Shown: positions 50,961 to 64,000 of the stretch, one piece after another
Layout: each line of letters begins with the position of its first letter
How positions within the stretch are numbered: position 1 is the first letter of the stretch
Assembly (NCBI GenBank): GCA_028534125.1
Contig: CM052816.1
Location: 71,674,001-71,738,000 of the forward strand
Reading direction: 5' to 3'
DNA from: Lama glama
Taxonomy: Eukaryota
DNA: 64,000 nt
The notes under the pieces: generated by a model
The model's input: only the letters and a program-made list of their open reading frames with translations
Told to the model about the DNA's origin: nothing
The model's database searches: none
Made by a program: the position numbers and the translations under genes

Positions 50961-52724
50961 GCAAAATTTAGTGGAAAACTTTTTCGACCTATGTTCATAC
51001 AGCATACACATTTAAGGGATGCCCAGAGTGTGTATTTCACACACATCCGGATGGCGACTTTGAGCTTTCAATTGCTAGGACTTCTTCAGCATCTTCAGCT
51101 TCATTTTCTTCAGCTTCAGTTTCTACATCAGGAATTAGAAAAAAAATGAAGCATGAGGTCATATATTTCCTAACTTCAGATCTGGAAATAGAAGCCAGAG
51201 TTTCTACACAAATAACTCTTCTAACTGCTCTTAAATGTCTCCTTCATCTTCAGCAGGAATTATAATACCATCTAGCACTAGTCGTGGAAAAAGAATAACA
51301 GACAGTACCTAAAAGTGCAAAGCAAACTATGGCAATTTATTAAACATGTGTAGGGACGGTACCAAACTTTTGTCATCATGACATCATTTCCCCCTTAAGT
51401 TTAATAGAAATCACTTGCTGAATTGTCTATCATTTCTAAGTCATATAATTTATAGGAGAAATATGATATAAACTGTTATTAATGCAACAATTAGAGTCAA
51501 GGAAAAGATTTACATTAGATAAATCCTATGACCCATTTATTTTATTTTAGGCAAAAAATTAAATTTATCAGGGCCTTTGTTCAAATTTTTGTGAAAACTT
51601 GATCTGCTCATAATGTAGTCTCTCAGTTTGTGAAGGTAACTGGTTCTTATTTGCCTTATGTATTCTGGTCTAAAAATAGAACAACTTACTTAATAATTAA
51701 GAAGCTAATTACTCTTACAGAATTATCAAAATGGATGTTCTACAAACTTGCAACATTACAGCTCTCCCAAACAAGAAAAGTAGTGTGAGAGATAATAAAA
51801 ACTGCATACACTGTGTGCATACATGACTTCCCCCACACAGACTGCCTTAATAAGCTATTAAGTGCTCTCAACTCCCATCATTCCCTTCTCCAATTAATCT
51901 TGCTAAGCCAGGCTTCAAACACTTGCTTCCTTTGCACTAAAACCTTCAGTAGCTCCCCGCTGCTCACTGTCACTCTTACATTTAAGGTCTTCTAGGATCA
52001 AATCCTCTGCTTTTTTCAGATTTACCTTCGACTTCTTTCTGTTGCAGTTATCTAAATAGTACATGAATATAATCCTGTCTTTCCCACCTTTCTGCCTTTG
52101 TTCTCCCCAAACTGTCTCAGCTCTGATAACTGCCTGTTACAGTCGTATCCAGCCGGTAGTATTCCCAAATGTCATTATTTTAATATGTGGCGATTTTTAT
52201 TTCTGTTTTTATGATTTTCTGTACTTTCTAATGTTTGTACAATGAGTATGTGTTTTTTTATATTTAGCACAGAACAATAAAACTTAGAAATAGTATCAGT
52301 CTTTTTAGAACTTTCTCCTATATTGCCACCTTCCCGCAGCCTTCATTCCTCCGGTCACCCAAAATCCTCTCCATTTGTTTTCTTAATACGGTCCCTGCAA
52401 CACCTGCCCCACCCCACCAGCCACACACTGTGAGGGTCCCCCCATCCTCCATCCTCCTCGCTGCATTATAGCGCACACACGTTTCACCTTCATCGCTGGA
52501 AGGTTTGTTTCTTCAGGATTTCTCTTCTGCTGTAGGGCTTGATTTATTCTAAATGGGCAGCATTTAACTCTCATGCTGGTTTTTAGCTGAATGTGAATCA
52601 AAGAGAAGATTCGCAGAAGCCTCTTCATTTGTATAATTTCCAGAAAATAGCTTTACAAATGTAACTTTTTCCCCCCTTAGTGAAAACATAAATCAAGCAA
52701 GGGATCTCAAGTCTTCTCAAAAGA

Positions 52725-52965
52725 AAAGCACCAGTGTTGGGCTCAGGTGCCGGACTTCTTAGTAGATTCTGCTACTTACTGGCTCTGTATTACTGGGCCA
52801 GTTACTTAAACTTTCAGTTCCTCAGATAGTTCATCTGTAAAAGAAAGATAACATTAGCACCTATTTTTCAGTGTGACAGTGAGGATTAAATGAGTTGATC
52901 CACTTAAAGCACTTTGACCAGTACCTCTCATGTGGTCAGTTTCCATAAATATTAGCTATTATTAC
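52725..52965 (+). mobile_element. MIR
   Basis: ctgctacttactggctctgt...cctcag...tcatctgtaaaa...gtgaggattaaatgag...ataaatattagctattatt. Confidence 0.85.
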
Positions 52966-53229
52966 TAAGAAATAACTTCACCCCATGTCATTGCAGTGTG
53001 TATTACAAATTAGCAGGTGAAGGCAAAATATTAGCTCTGAATCAGAGAGTTCCTGAGCTTACATAATCAGGGCATTCTTATTGTACCTACATCCAGTCAA
53101 AAACAGCTTGCAAAATTTAATACTGACATTGCATAGAATAAAAAGAGGGAAAAAAAACTTAGGGTTTTATGGAATTTGACTGACTCTCCACAATCCAATT
53201 TAAAAATTTTAACAGTTATGTGCACGGTC

Positions 53230-53870
53230 TTTTATTTATCTTTGTTATTTTTGCTGATTATAAATATAATAAAAGATCTTTGTAAAATAATAAAACAATA
53301 CAAAACTATATAAAGTAGTGCATAAATGTACATTCCATGGCCAAAGTGTGTATCTGTAGACACACACGTACACAACATTCTAAACATATTTTTGCAGCCT
53401 ATTCTTTCCTTTTAATTAATTATATGTCATTAACATCTTTCTGTGTCAATGCAAATGGGGTCTCCCTCATTCTTTTTAATGGCTGTATATTCATTAAATA
53501 AATGACCAATATTGTATTGACAGACATTTAGGACATTGTCGAGCTGTTTGTTGTTATAAGCAATGCAATAAACATCATTTCACTTAGATTTTGGGGTGCA
53601 CTTTTCAATTAATTCCTTGGGATAGATGTTAGTATTGGACTCAGGGGATCAAAGGGCACACACATTTAAAATGTTAATAGACAAGCCAAATTGCCTTCCA
53701 GAAAATTGGACCAATTTGCACCTCTAGCAACAAGGTATGGAAGTCTCCATTTCCCCACTTTTGATCACATTGGATATTATCATTATTATCCATTTTGCAA
53801 ATCTGATTATTAGGTAATCTTCTATTTTAATGGATCATCTGCATTTTTTTTTTTCTTCAGTGAAATGCCT
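53230..53870 (-). mobile_element. Old L1 (L1ME-like) 3' fragment
   Basis: cattctttttaatggctgtata...gacatttagg...gccaaattgccttccagaaaattggaccaatttgcacctctagcaacaa. Confidence 0.75.
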
Positions 53871-55485
53871 TGTAAATCCTCAGGTCTTTCCTCAGAATAT
53901 TAACCCTAGAGAACACAGACTGAATTTATTAATTTCTCTGGATGTGTTTATTTTAGTAATTATTCTGATTCCTTCCTTCCATAAACACAGATGCAGTTTC
54001 ACGAGTTTTTGCAATTTATTTTCTACTTAGTGTTCTTAAAATTTTGCTCAAACATTGTGTTGTCTTTTTCCCTCCTGCAACACCCTCCCCCATTCGCTTA
54101 CTCTGTCAAGGTAATGATACTCTTGAGCGTGGCAAAGAAATCCGAAGAACCCAGTATTTGCATCTCAGACACGATATTGCTAATATTAAAGAACTGTTAC
54201 CGCCTTTCACTAACAGTCTTGGGCATGGGAGGCTGGGATATTGCTAAGGAAATTCTCATTGAGTCTAATATTTAGAGAATATTCCCGTTTCTATTTGTAA
54301 CGAGGTACACAAACACAGACTATGTTAGGATACAAGCTTAAAGGGTTAGCAGTGTTTTAAAAACAGTTGTCAGACTCATGTGAAACACCTGGTGAAATGT
54401 GGGGTTTTTTTTTTTTTTTTTGCCTGAATAGTTCTAACATTAGTACTGCACAAGTATTAGGAAGTATTAACTTTTCTCTTAAAATGTGCTCTCTATAGAA
54501 GCAAAACCATCATAGATGATCTGTCATTAAGGTGGAGACATACAATTTTTAGTTAATTCCCCTATATTTGATTCTTGAATTTGGAGCTTAGGTATTCATT
54601 AAGGATGGAAAATTTGAATTGTATTAGTGGCTCTATTAGTTACTGCCTTTGGGGCTCAGGTTAGTTACTAGTTACACATACTCTCTGTCTCCAAACTCTC
54701 TTCACCTCCATAATGAGAGAATTAAACTGTGTATTATTGAAGTCCTATCTGCTTTTATCATATTACCGTATCATGATGCCGTATTAACATGACTGTTTTA
54801 GAAGTTGTATAGTGTCCAGAAATATACAATTTAATGTCATTTAGACTGAAAATAAAAAGCTTGAACTATAACAGAGCAACCATATCTTTATACCTACAGT
54901 AAGCTTTTCTAACATTTGAAATCTTTAAAATAGTAGCCAAAACTATTTTCATTAAAGGGACTGGAGTAGAGAGAGGAAGGTTTTCATGCTCTTGTTTGTG
55001 CTTCCCGGAACAGCTTTTTTTCTTTCCAATTGTATACATAGATGACTTATTTTAAAGTGTCAATTGAGATTATCTAGATGGTAAAATTACAGGGTTTTTT
55101 TTTTTGTTTTGTTCTTTATATATTTCTATATTCAGAAAAAAACTAATAAAACATTTTAATCTCTTTATGGAGAGATTTCCATATGTAAAAAGAGTGGGAA
55201 CATTCACTGGAGTGGTGTGGGGCCAAGACTTCTACAAAAAAATCCAAGAACCTGTGATTCTTGTGTCTTTGCCACTTACCCTCTGGCCTCAGGAGGGTCC
55301 CACAGTTGCCTTTTTCTTTAATTCAGCAACATCTTTGTTAAGCACCTGTTCTACGATGAAGCTTTAGAGATTTATATTCTCATGGGGAGTTTCAGGGAAC
55401 AAATTATTGCAATAATATGGTAAACCACCCATTTACATTTTAGCAGCTACTTTTTACTAAATTCTTGATCACAAATGGCATTATC

Positions 55486-55530
55486 TTATTTATTTGTTTA
55501 TTTATTTATTTATTTATTTATTTATTTTTT
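55486..55530. repeat. (TTTA)n microsatellite
   Basis: Read directly. Confidence 0.9.
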
Positions 55531-55849
55531 GCAGTCTGATAGGTCAAAAGTATTTTATTACTCCATTAGGTGTTTATTGGATTCTTAATAATGCTGAGGT
55601 TGAATAGCTTTTCCCCAAGTTCATTGTGCTTCTCTCCTTCTGTGTGTCTGTGTGGGGGGGTGTGTGTGTGATTCTCATGATTATAACCTTTGCCCCTAAT
55701 CCACAGACATGAGAACAAGAGAAGGAAGAACTCAGGAGAGCCCTTCTCTGAAGTCGGGAAGGATCTCCTCCCTGAGACATGGAGGAGGAGTAAAGATGAC
55801 AACTGTGTATAAGATGAAAAGAGCTGTTGTCTCTCAGATCAACGTCCAC

Positions 55850-56430
55850 CTTTATCTACTCGAATTTGTGAGGCTGGGACTGCAACTCTGAAAACAACAT
55901 CTTTATTTTGCCAGCTGCCTCCCTGCTAGGTTTTGCTAATGGGAAAACTAGAAGGAAACTGGAAGGTGGGAGCTGAGGAGATAGGAGCTGAGCCTCTCTA
56001 CATACTTGTTATTATTACTGTCAATGTCTCCCCGGCGAAATCCCTTCTCTCTGGCAGCCTCAGTTGGTTTTTTGGCATTCCGAGAACCTGCTTCCTATGA
56101 CTCCTCAGAGATATGAGCAGCAGCCTGGACACGCCCCCTTCTCGGAATGCTCCCTTTTCTGTCCACCCCCCACCCACTTCTGGTATACCGGCACTAGTGG
56201 GGCAGCGTCCCTCCTCACAGATCTGAGTCCATGGGCTTCCCTCTGTGCACTGCTGTGTTCAGTAAACTCATCTCAACTCAAGCCCCTTCCCTTAGTTTTT
56301 CCCAAGAAACTGCTTACTTTGTCCATAATCTCTGTTTTGCCATTTGACACCTGCCTAACCCATTATATTCAGTTCTTTCTGTTGACATACCTAGTGTGAC
56401 TTTTTGTTTTCCTTGCTGGATCCTGAGTAA
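55850..56430 (+). mobile_element. ERVL LTR (LTR33-like)
   Basis: ttgccagctgcctccctgctaggttttgctaatggg... and a 3' end ttctgttgacatacctagtgtgactttttgttttccttgctggatcctga. Confidence 0.6.
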
Positions 56431-59400
56431 CTTCTGTGAGGAAAGATGAAGTTCAGCTTTACCTGCTGAGGTTGAGGGGTGGAGGGTGCTGTAGAGCAAC
56501 TGGATTTTGAGACCAGCAGGCAGTTGGAAACTAGACTGTAATTCAAAAAAGATGGTATGACTAGAAATATCAGAATGATCTGCTTCCTTATACATAAAAC
56601 TGGGCTTGGTATAAACCATCATTTCCAGCTTTGAATTTTCTGACACATATTGATTCTTTTGTTTTAAAGATGGTTTTTGCTATAGGAGTTGCTGAACAGC
56701 TGGCTTTTGGATATCTTAAATTATGGAGCAATAGAAAAGTAAAAAAATTCAGAGAAAAATCTTCAAGCTTCAGACTATCAATTAAACCAAAAATTTTATG
56801 TGGCAATGTGGCCTCTAAAGTTTTTAGAGTGTTGATAGCAGTGAAAATGTCCTATTACTTGGAGTGGTTTGAGTAAAATTGGAGTGAAGATGCTAAATGC
56901 TGTAGTATACGCGACAGAAGGACTTAAAGTGGATGAGCAGTTGCCCATTATCACTCCACGAGAGGCTATCTTCTTTCTTCTACCAGTTTTCACAAAATGA
57001 AATCTAAATACTACTGGAGAGTTTTAGACATTAGCCTAAGCCTTTTTAGATTCCGAGAATGGAAGAACAAGAGAAAGGTCGAAAAAACAGAACACTACAA
57101 AAACCACAGCATACTATTATTAAGTCATCACAAACTTTTCAGTACACTCTATTCCCCTTACGCTGCCAACCAATTGAAGTGGCCATCTTAGCTAATAAGC
57201 CGATATGAGATGGTACTTTTGAAAAAGATACTGCCTTTGGGAAAGACTTCTCTGTGCCTTTGTAAGGTAATAACTTCAAGGGAAACCTAGCTAAGGCACT
57301 CCAATGATTTCAAGGCAGTTTAAATGTAATAAAATAGGCGTGAAATGCTCTAATAAGTGCTCTTAAGCCAGGCTTCCTCAGCCTGATATTTAGAAGTTTA
57401 AAGTAGAAAAGCCTTTTTCAAATACAACAAAACATGAGGCAGGATCAAGAGTGGAATATATATAAAACCAGCCTGAGCACTGTTTCAAAGTTTATAATGT
57501 GCTACGATAATGAAGGAGCACACTCGACAGTTACAGCAGTTTTGTTTTGTTTTTTTTCATTTCTTATTTGACTCTGACCTTCCTTCTTTCAGTCTCCTCC
57601 GTTGTTTCATAGTTACTTGTTGGGAAGGGAATATTTCAGGTATTTTGTTAGGAGAACAAGTCTGTCTTTTCTTTGAGACTCTGAGTTCATATGCTATTTT
57701 CCATTGGCTCTATTTCTTAACGTGTGATTAGATCTGTTACACATAAGGATAAACATTTTCAGCCTTAGGCATTATCTATAAATCAGATTTGAAGCAGTTT
57801 GACCTTAAGTTCTGAAATGTTATAAAGTCTTTTCACTACATTTTTTTGATCTTTTGAGTCTGAAATTTTATTTAATATTATGATCTTCCTCCATTTTCCT
57901 AGTTTTTCTTTTAATTTTATGGATGAAGTGAAAGAACAGAAACTTTAGGAGGAACATCCTTGTTTTAAGTATGAAGTGAATCAGTAGCTGGTGAAATGGG
58001 GGCTTATGGACTCCTTAACTATTTCTTCATATCTCATCTTCAGTATAAAATTGCTGTTTCACATTCTGGTTCTTGGCCCAGAAGGAATGTTTTTAAAAGG
58101 ACTCCCTTACTCATTTTAAAAGATACAATTACATTGATTTTCTTTGATGCCCAGTTTTTGTTATTAGACTGGACAAAATTATGACGGGCTTACTGCCTGA
58201 ACAATGGCCGTCTTGGGAAAGACAGACATCCCAAAGCCACAGAAAGAGAAACCGGAAAATATCCTTGTATTTCTAGGTCAGATCAGTGCATCAGGGTCAG
58301 GGCCTGGACAGAAGAAAATTAAAGGGTGAGCACGGTTTGCCAAAGAAAAAGATTACAATGAGGAACAGATGCAGGGGGTTCAGAATCTAGTCTGGAAACG
58401 CTGATCAGACGCCTTCATTCTATGTGTTTCTGTTGAGCTTAGCTAAACAATGGAAGGCACAGACTAGCTGTGATAGGTCTCCTTGACATGCAACAATTGC
58501 GTAAGTGGTATTTTTTACCACCATCCTAAAATGAAGAAATTTGTCTAGAGATCATTTCAAAGGGATGTTAAATGAACGTAGGACTAGGCTGGGGATTTTG
58601 AGAACTGATCTAACTTGTTTTTAGCTATCAACTAGCCATGGGCAGTATGACCTGAAGAAAGTCACTCAAATTTATGACTGTAAATTTTTTTTCTCTATTA
58701 GATGGGTATTTAATTTTTTTTAAAAAATCATTCTATTAGTAGTTTAAACTTTTCGTGAAAAATCATTTATAAAAGTTTTGAAAAGTATTAAATTCTCAGT
58801 TGACCCAAAGCATTGTTAATCAAGCAATCAACATTATCATTTGAATTACTGTTTTCATTGGGTACTTTGTTAACTAGTAGGAAGAGTAAGTAATAATACC
58901 TTTCTTAATAATGTAAATGCAGAAATTTTAAAAGACAACATGGCTATGGAAAAATATGGGGTAAAATATACATGATAACAAAAAATAAAAGCAATCTCCA
59001 AGAAATAAAAAAGGAACTCTTGTACATGTAAGGTAATTATGTTTACAAACTTGTTAAGAAGTTAAGCATCCTTTACCCTTGTGTTTGAGGATGATTGAGA
59101 ATTGACCACTGGAGTTGGCAAGATGATCACCCTAGGACTTCTTTCTGTATGGAAATCACATTTTTAAAACCATGTGGGTTACCTCTTGAAGACTGGCTCT
59201 CGGTATACTAAAGGAAAGATAAAGGAGTAAAAGATAAAGATAAAGGAGCTTTCCCTTTCAGGATGTATGACTTTCAAGCCTAATGTCCTGTTAAAATCAT
59301 GTTTTGAATATCAGATACTGAATAATGACTCTTTCTTTTTCCTTGCTTTCCTTTGGGCATTCTAACCTCACCACCCGTGTCATACACAAATGCCTTTGGT

Positions 59401-59507
59401 TGATTATGCACATGGAAAGATAAGAAAGAAAAATATACATTAGCTGGATTTCAATACATCTGTTATTTATCTCCTCTCTCTCTCTTTCTCTCTCTATCTC
59501 TCTATAT

Positions 59508-59667
59508 GTTTTTGTTGTTGTTGTTTAGAGGAGGTTCTTGATTTTATTTTTATTTTTATTTTTATTTTTGTTTTTATTTTTATTTTTAATGGAGGTACTG
59601 GAGAGTGAACCCAGGACCTCGTGCATGCTAAGCACGCACTCTACCACTGAGCTATACCCTCTCCCCC
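59508..59667 (-). mobile_element. Vic-1-type tRNA-Ala-derived SINE
   Basis: tggaggtactggagagtgaacccaggacctcgtgcatgctaagcacgcactctaccactgagctataccct. TSD-like ctctatat at 59500 and 59669. Confidence 0.9.
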
Positions 59668-59989
59668 ACTCTATATATTAATCTATATTATCTATTCTGC
59701 TGTCAGTCTACCATCTTCTCAATCATCTGTCAGTCTATGTCATCATAATACATAGCAATACCCTTCTGTCTGTATACATGCAAAAAGACACAACTGGAAT
59801 ATTTTTCAGAAAACATTAATAACATTTTTTTCTTCTGTGGTGCAATTTTGGAGATATTTTGCTTTCTTCTTTGCACTTTATGAATTGCTTGCTTTTCTTT
59901 TTATATGAGAAGAATATATAGTTTTTATAGAAAGTATTTTTCTTAAAAATGAACTAAAAATAAAAAACATTATTTAGCAACATGAAATA

Positions 59990-60102
59990 ACAATAGACCC
60001 CCATCTCGTGGTGGTGTGATGAGGGTTAAATGAGATTATCGGTGTCAGGTGCTTCCCAGGATCTTCTGTGGGGCATTGATGACACTCAAATGTATTATTA
60101 TT
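59990..60102 (+). mobile_element. MIR 3' fragment
   Basis: gtgtgatgagggttaaatgagattat...cactcaaatgtattattatt. Confidence 0.6.
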
Positions 60103-62614
60103 TCAATAATTTTTCATAATTATATTTAATCATTATGGAAATTGTTCTTTTTTGGTGTATACATTAAAAAAACTCAATGTATTTTCTGAAATTGCTGTAA
60201 AATATTGCTTTCATAAAACAAATTTTGACTGAGGTTTGAAAAGTTGTGTCTAAAATAAAGTAGAGGAAACTTTACCAACCAAAATGAGACAAAAAAAAAA
60301 AGCAATTTAGTAGAGGATAAAGTTATGTTTACACGGAGTTAAGAATAGTTCACAGATTGAGACAGTTCAAAGAAATTTTAGAATCTAATCATGAAAGGAA
60401 AAAACAATCAATGTAAGTACAAATATTTTCTTTCTGCTTGATCTACAGCTGAACTAAACAATACATTATGGAAAATATTGAACTCATGTTGGCAGGCATA
60501 GTTTCTGATGGAATCAAAAATAATTTAACCTTTTCAGTGAAAATTTGCCAATAAAGCAGATAAAACGATAAATGCTCAAGACTGAAGTACAGTAGTGTGA
60601 TGGAATCTGCCAGAAAAAGTTTCCCTAAAGACTATTTTTTTCAGTTATAGTCATGATTTCTTATGGGAAGCAACAGAAATCTGTGTAAACTAATTCTTTA
60701 GTCATAAGATTCTTGACTCATATGATTCCAGACACAATTAAAAAATTCTAATTCCTTTATTTGTTTTGTCTGTTTTATTTTTATTCAAGTACTCAGATTC
60801 CTAACTTCCACTTATTTTCATAATTGTTGGGTAACTTTCTCTACTTTAAAACTCTCCTTTAGGTATGAATTTCTTTATTAACTCAATTTTTAAAGATAGA
60901 GCTGCTCTAACACAAAGTGTTTATGACTAAAGGGGTTTGCAAACTCAAATCAAGTATTAAAGACACATTCTAGCTAAGGCTCCTTCACATGCCTCTGGAT
61001 ATAAGAAATGCAAGCCTAAAATGCAGTAGTCTCTGGGAGGGCAATGGGAGCCCCAATTAACCCATAATTCACAGATCTGCTGGCAGAGCTTTACTCTCAG
61101 GACGAGGATGTGGTGGACCCCCATCCTGGGTGGACTCCCTTTTCACTACCTTGGATCCCTAATCATTTCTGAGGATTCATGTGAGGAACACAGTAATTAC
61201 TTGTCACGAATTGTATTCCTTGAACTAGAATTTTTTTTATAGTTATTTTGCTCCGATCGTTCAGAGAGAGTCTATCATTTTCTATCTTTTTAATGTAGAG
61301 ACCTACATTCCAGCTGTTTTATGACATGGCTAAGGGAAAGGATGTTGAATGGTACCTGGGACATTGGAGACACCCAAGAGTTGTTAGTTTTCTTACCTTT
61401 TTTCTAGACTGAGAAAATTAATATATACTGCTCACTTTCTTAATGTAAATCTAATGAATTTTCTGAGTCACAATATTGAAAAGAGCCAAATATATACTCA
61501 GTCATTCAGAGGAAAAAGGAAGCTTTCTAATTCCTGAGCCATGAATTTCCCATTAACATTTTAATTCTTTAATCCACAGAGGAAGCCATGGCTGGGTAAT
61601 AATATAATAGAAAGTTTACCTATAAATCTTCTGAAAAATACATTGCATATATAATAAAGGTAGAGTCATATTTTAAAAGTAAAATGAGAACTTGTTTGAT
61701 GTGTAACATCCTGTAGTGACATGAGATTTTTAAAATGAACAATTATTTTTATTACTCCCTTATTAATTTGGGGGTGGACCCCTGGGTTAAAGTAGTCAGA
61801 TATGGTCAATAGGACCATCTTATGAAAAACAGAAGGGTAGAGCTTATGTTTTCATCATTTCTATTTCAGGAACCACCAGGATTTCAAAGGCTTATTATTT
61901 AAATCTCCTTGCTTTTGTTTCCACAAAGTAACAAAAATATGTATGAAAACCACTATTTCTCTTTGGCCACTGTGTTTTGAATGTGAATGATTGTAAGATG
62001 CTTTCTCTTATTTCTTAGATGTTGGCTTATGCTTTTAGAATTGAGAAGGTACTGGCATATGAAAATGAAGGACATAATCTTGGAAACTTCCTTAGAGAAT
62101 GAAGTTTCTTGAAATAATAAAATATAGTAGAGAAGAAAAATTCTATTAAAAACTGGTATAGTTGGCTTTGTGTAACATTGCTATTAAAAGGAAATCTTAT
62201 TTATATTTTTCAGCTCACAGCATGCAAAAAACTGAGTTAAAAGAACTCAGAATGAAAAAAAATGTTCAAAAAATGTATCTTGATAAAATAAAACATTCCT
62301 CTTACCCTATAAAACTTGCAAATTAGCCTACGTGTGCCAAACTCTCATTCTGAAAGCAGACTGTTAATCTTCACTAGAGCTCCCCATGGGTTTTTATGTC
62401 TCATTGTAATTTCCTTTACTCACATCTTTTCTCCCTATGATTTCTTTTTCTCTCATATGCTCTGTTGGCAGTGAAATCATCATAAGAAATGGATAAAGTA
62501 AATGAATAAATATAACATCGAAGACAATAAATATTTGACAGTAAAAATAAGTTCTATTGTAATTCTAATTTAGAGTCTCTGAGTTTATATTGTTCTCTGG
62601 ACCTTATCTGTGAT

Positions 62615-62783
62615 CCTCTTGCTGCTCAGAATGTGGTCCTTGGACCAGCAACTTTGCATCACCTGGGAGCTTGCTGGAAACGCAAAATCTCAGGCTCCAC
62701 CCAGACCTACTAGATTGAAATCTGCATTTTGACCAGATCTCCAGGTGTTTCACGTGCCCAGTAAAATTTGAAAAACCCTGCTC
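62615..62783. mobile_element. MER5A hAT-Charlie MITE
   Basis: gtggtccttggaccagca...gcatcacctgggagcttg...caggctccacccagacctact...aatctgcattttgaccagatctccaggtg. Confidence 0.9.
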
Positions 62784-63699
62784 AGTCTACGCAGAAGTTG
62801 AGATCAAAACTTCTCATCCTTATGTTACTTGAGCTTAAGACAAAAACTACAGGCTAGCTTATAAAATAATTTTATGAGGTTTTAATGTTTAAATTCAATA
62901 GAACTACCTTTTAATATTGCTAAAATGATGCTGGGTAATAGATTCAGTTGGACTGAATCCTTCAATTTTAATGTAAAAAAATTTTTTCCACTTCGAGATG
63001 CTGTCCAAATTCCTGTTTTCCATTAGATTTCAGCCGCTGAAGTCTGAGAAAAAGTGCACGACCAGCTGGTTGCACTTACGTTACTCACACCGCTTTGACG
63101 GGGCTGGAAAATTCAGGGTCTTTTCAGCTTCCCACCTCTCCATTGATAATCCATTGAAAATTTTTATAGATGATCTGCAATCCCCATTTTCCCTTACATT
63201 TCTCAAGCCACCAGGCCAGTCTCTTCTTTAGCAAACCTCCTGGCCTCCATCCAGTGTCTGCCCCTCTCACTGAGCTTCCTAAAATGGCATTTCCTGAAGT
63301 ATGTTTACGGGAAAACCAATTCTATACTGTGTTAATAAAAATTACTTCCCCACAGTGTTCAGCGGGCAAATGTGCTTAGGAAATGCTAGATAAAGTGCAA
63401 GAGGATCCTTTATCACCAGGCGGGCCACACTTTCAATAGCAGACACCAAAGGCAGTAGAGTCCTCAATATGGGAGATTAGAAATTTGAAAAAAAAAAAAA
63501 CAACCCACAAATCCCAAACTAATCCTTGACCTCAGCTTTCATAGGCTTATGATCCTTCAGTGATCATTAATGGGCTAGATATATAAAGTATTTTCAAACT
63601 TTATTTGATCAGAGAACCTTTTCTTCACTTGGCATCTATAGAGACTGGTGTTCTGTGACTGAGTTCTTAAAAATACAAGTAGAAAAACCTACTTTCCTC

Positions 63700-64000
63700 A
63701 TTTTTTTTCTAGCTTAGGAACTCTGAATGGCTTCCTACTCTTGGTCACATCAAGTTCAAATTTCTGTTGTTTTTCCTTCAGGATTTACCTGATCCGATTC
63801 TGCCCTATTGTCCTCCTACCCAAAACTATGCCCCGGGGTTACAACACCCACAGTTTGCTGTTAGGAAGGCTTTTCTTTCCCCTATGATCTGCATAAGAAA
63901 CTCCACCTCCCCGTGCCTTTGCTTGTGACATTCTCCCTCCCTGGAAGGAACCTTTCAACAGGCCACTCAAATCTGAAGCATAATATTTAGGGCCCATTAA
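63700..64000 (-). mobile_element. L2 fragment
   Basis: aatggcttcctactc...ccgtgcctttgcttgtgacattctccctccctggaagg. Confidence 0.65.

Noticed and set aside
55486..55850. (TTTA)n with a minus-strand AATAAA nearby, suggesting a retrocopy 3' end
   Set aside because: No convincing TSD and no coding body; treated as a simple repeat.
58277..62260. Further exon-like segments (58277-58325, 62020-62049, from 62214)
   Set aside because: Splice sites are plausible but they lie beyond the stop codons and form no consistent chain. They show how common pseudo-exons are here.
1..64000. CRISPR arrays, operons, rRNA genes, CpG-island promoter
   Set aside because: None seen. The DNA is mammalian and CpG-depleted, and the 34-37-nt duplications have no spacers.

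Overview
Mammalian genomic DNA, AT-rich and CpG-poor, with one 500-N assembly gap (8554-9053). Three tRNA-Ala-derived Vic-1-type SINEs and five young, closely related L1 3' ends point to a camelid genome. Much of the window is transposon relics: L1, L2, MIR, MLT1/MLT2, LTR16/LTR33, ERVL integrase remnants, a fossil Tigger transposase, MER2 and MER5A. None of the supplied single-exon ORFs is a credible gene. The best unexplained signal is a chain of small + strand candidate exons (about 1.6-37.8 kb) with near-consensus splice sites. Their open frames join in phase into a ~150-aa peptide I cannot identify, with one in-frame TAA at 34712. It could be an unannotated or fast-evolving gene, a young pseudogene, a spliced lncRNA, or chance pseudo-exons. 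Other clear observations are a twin-primed, 3'-transducing L1 insertion, a SINE with a 3' transduction, and nested LTR insertions with intact target-site duplications. I see no evidence for a wholly new biological system. Repeat family names come from recalled consensus motifs, not a database search, and their boundaries are approximate.
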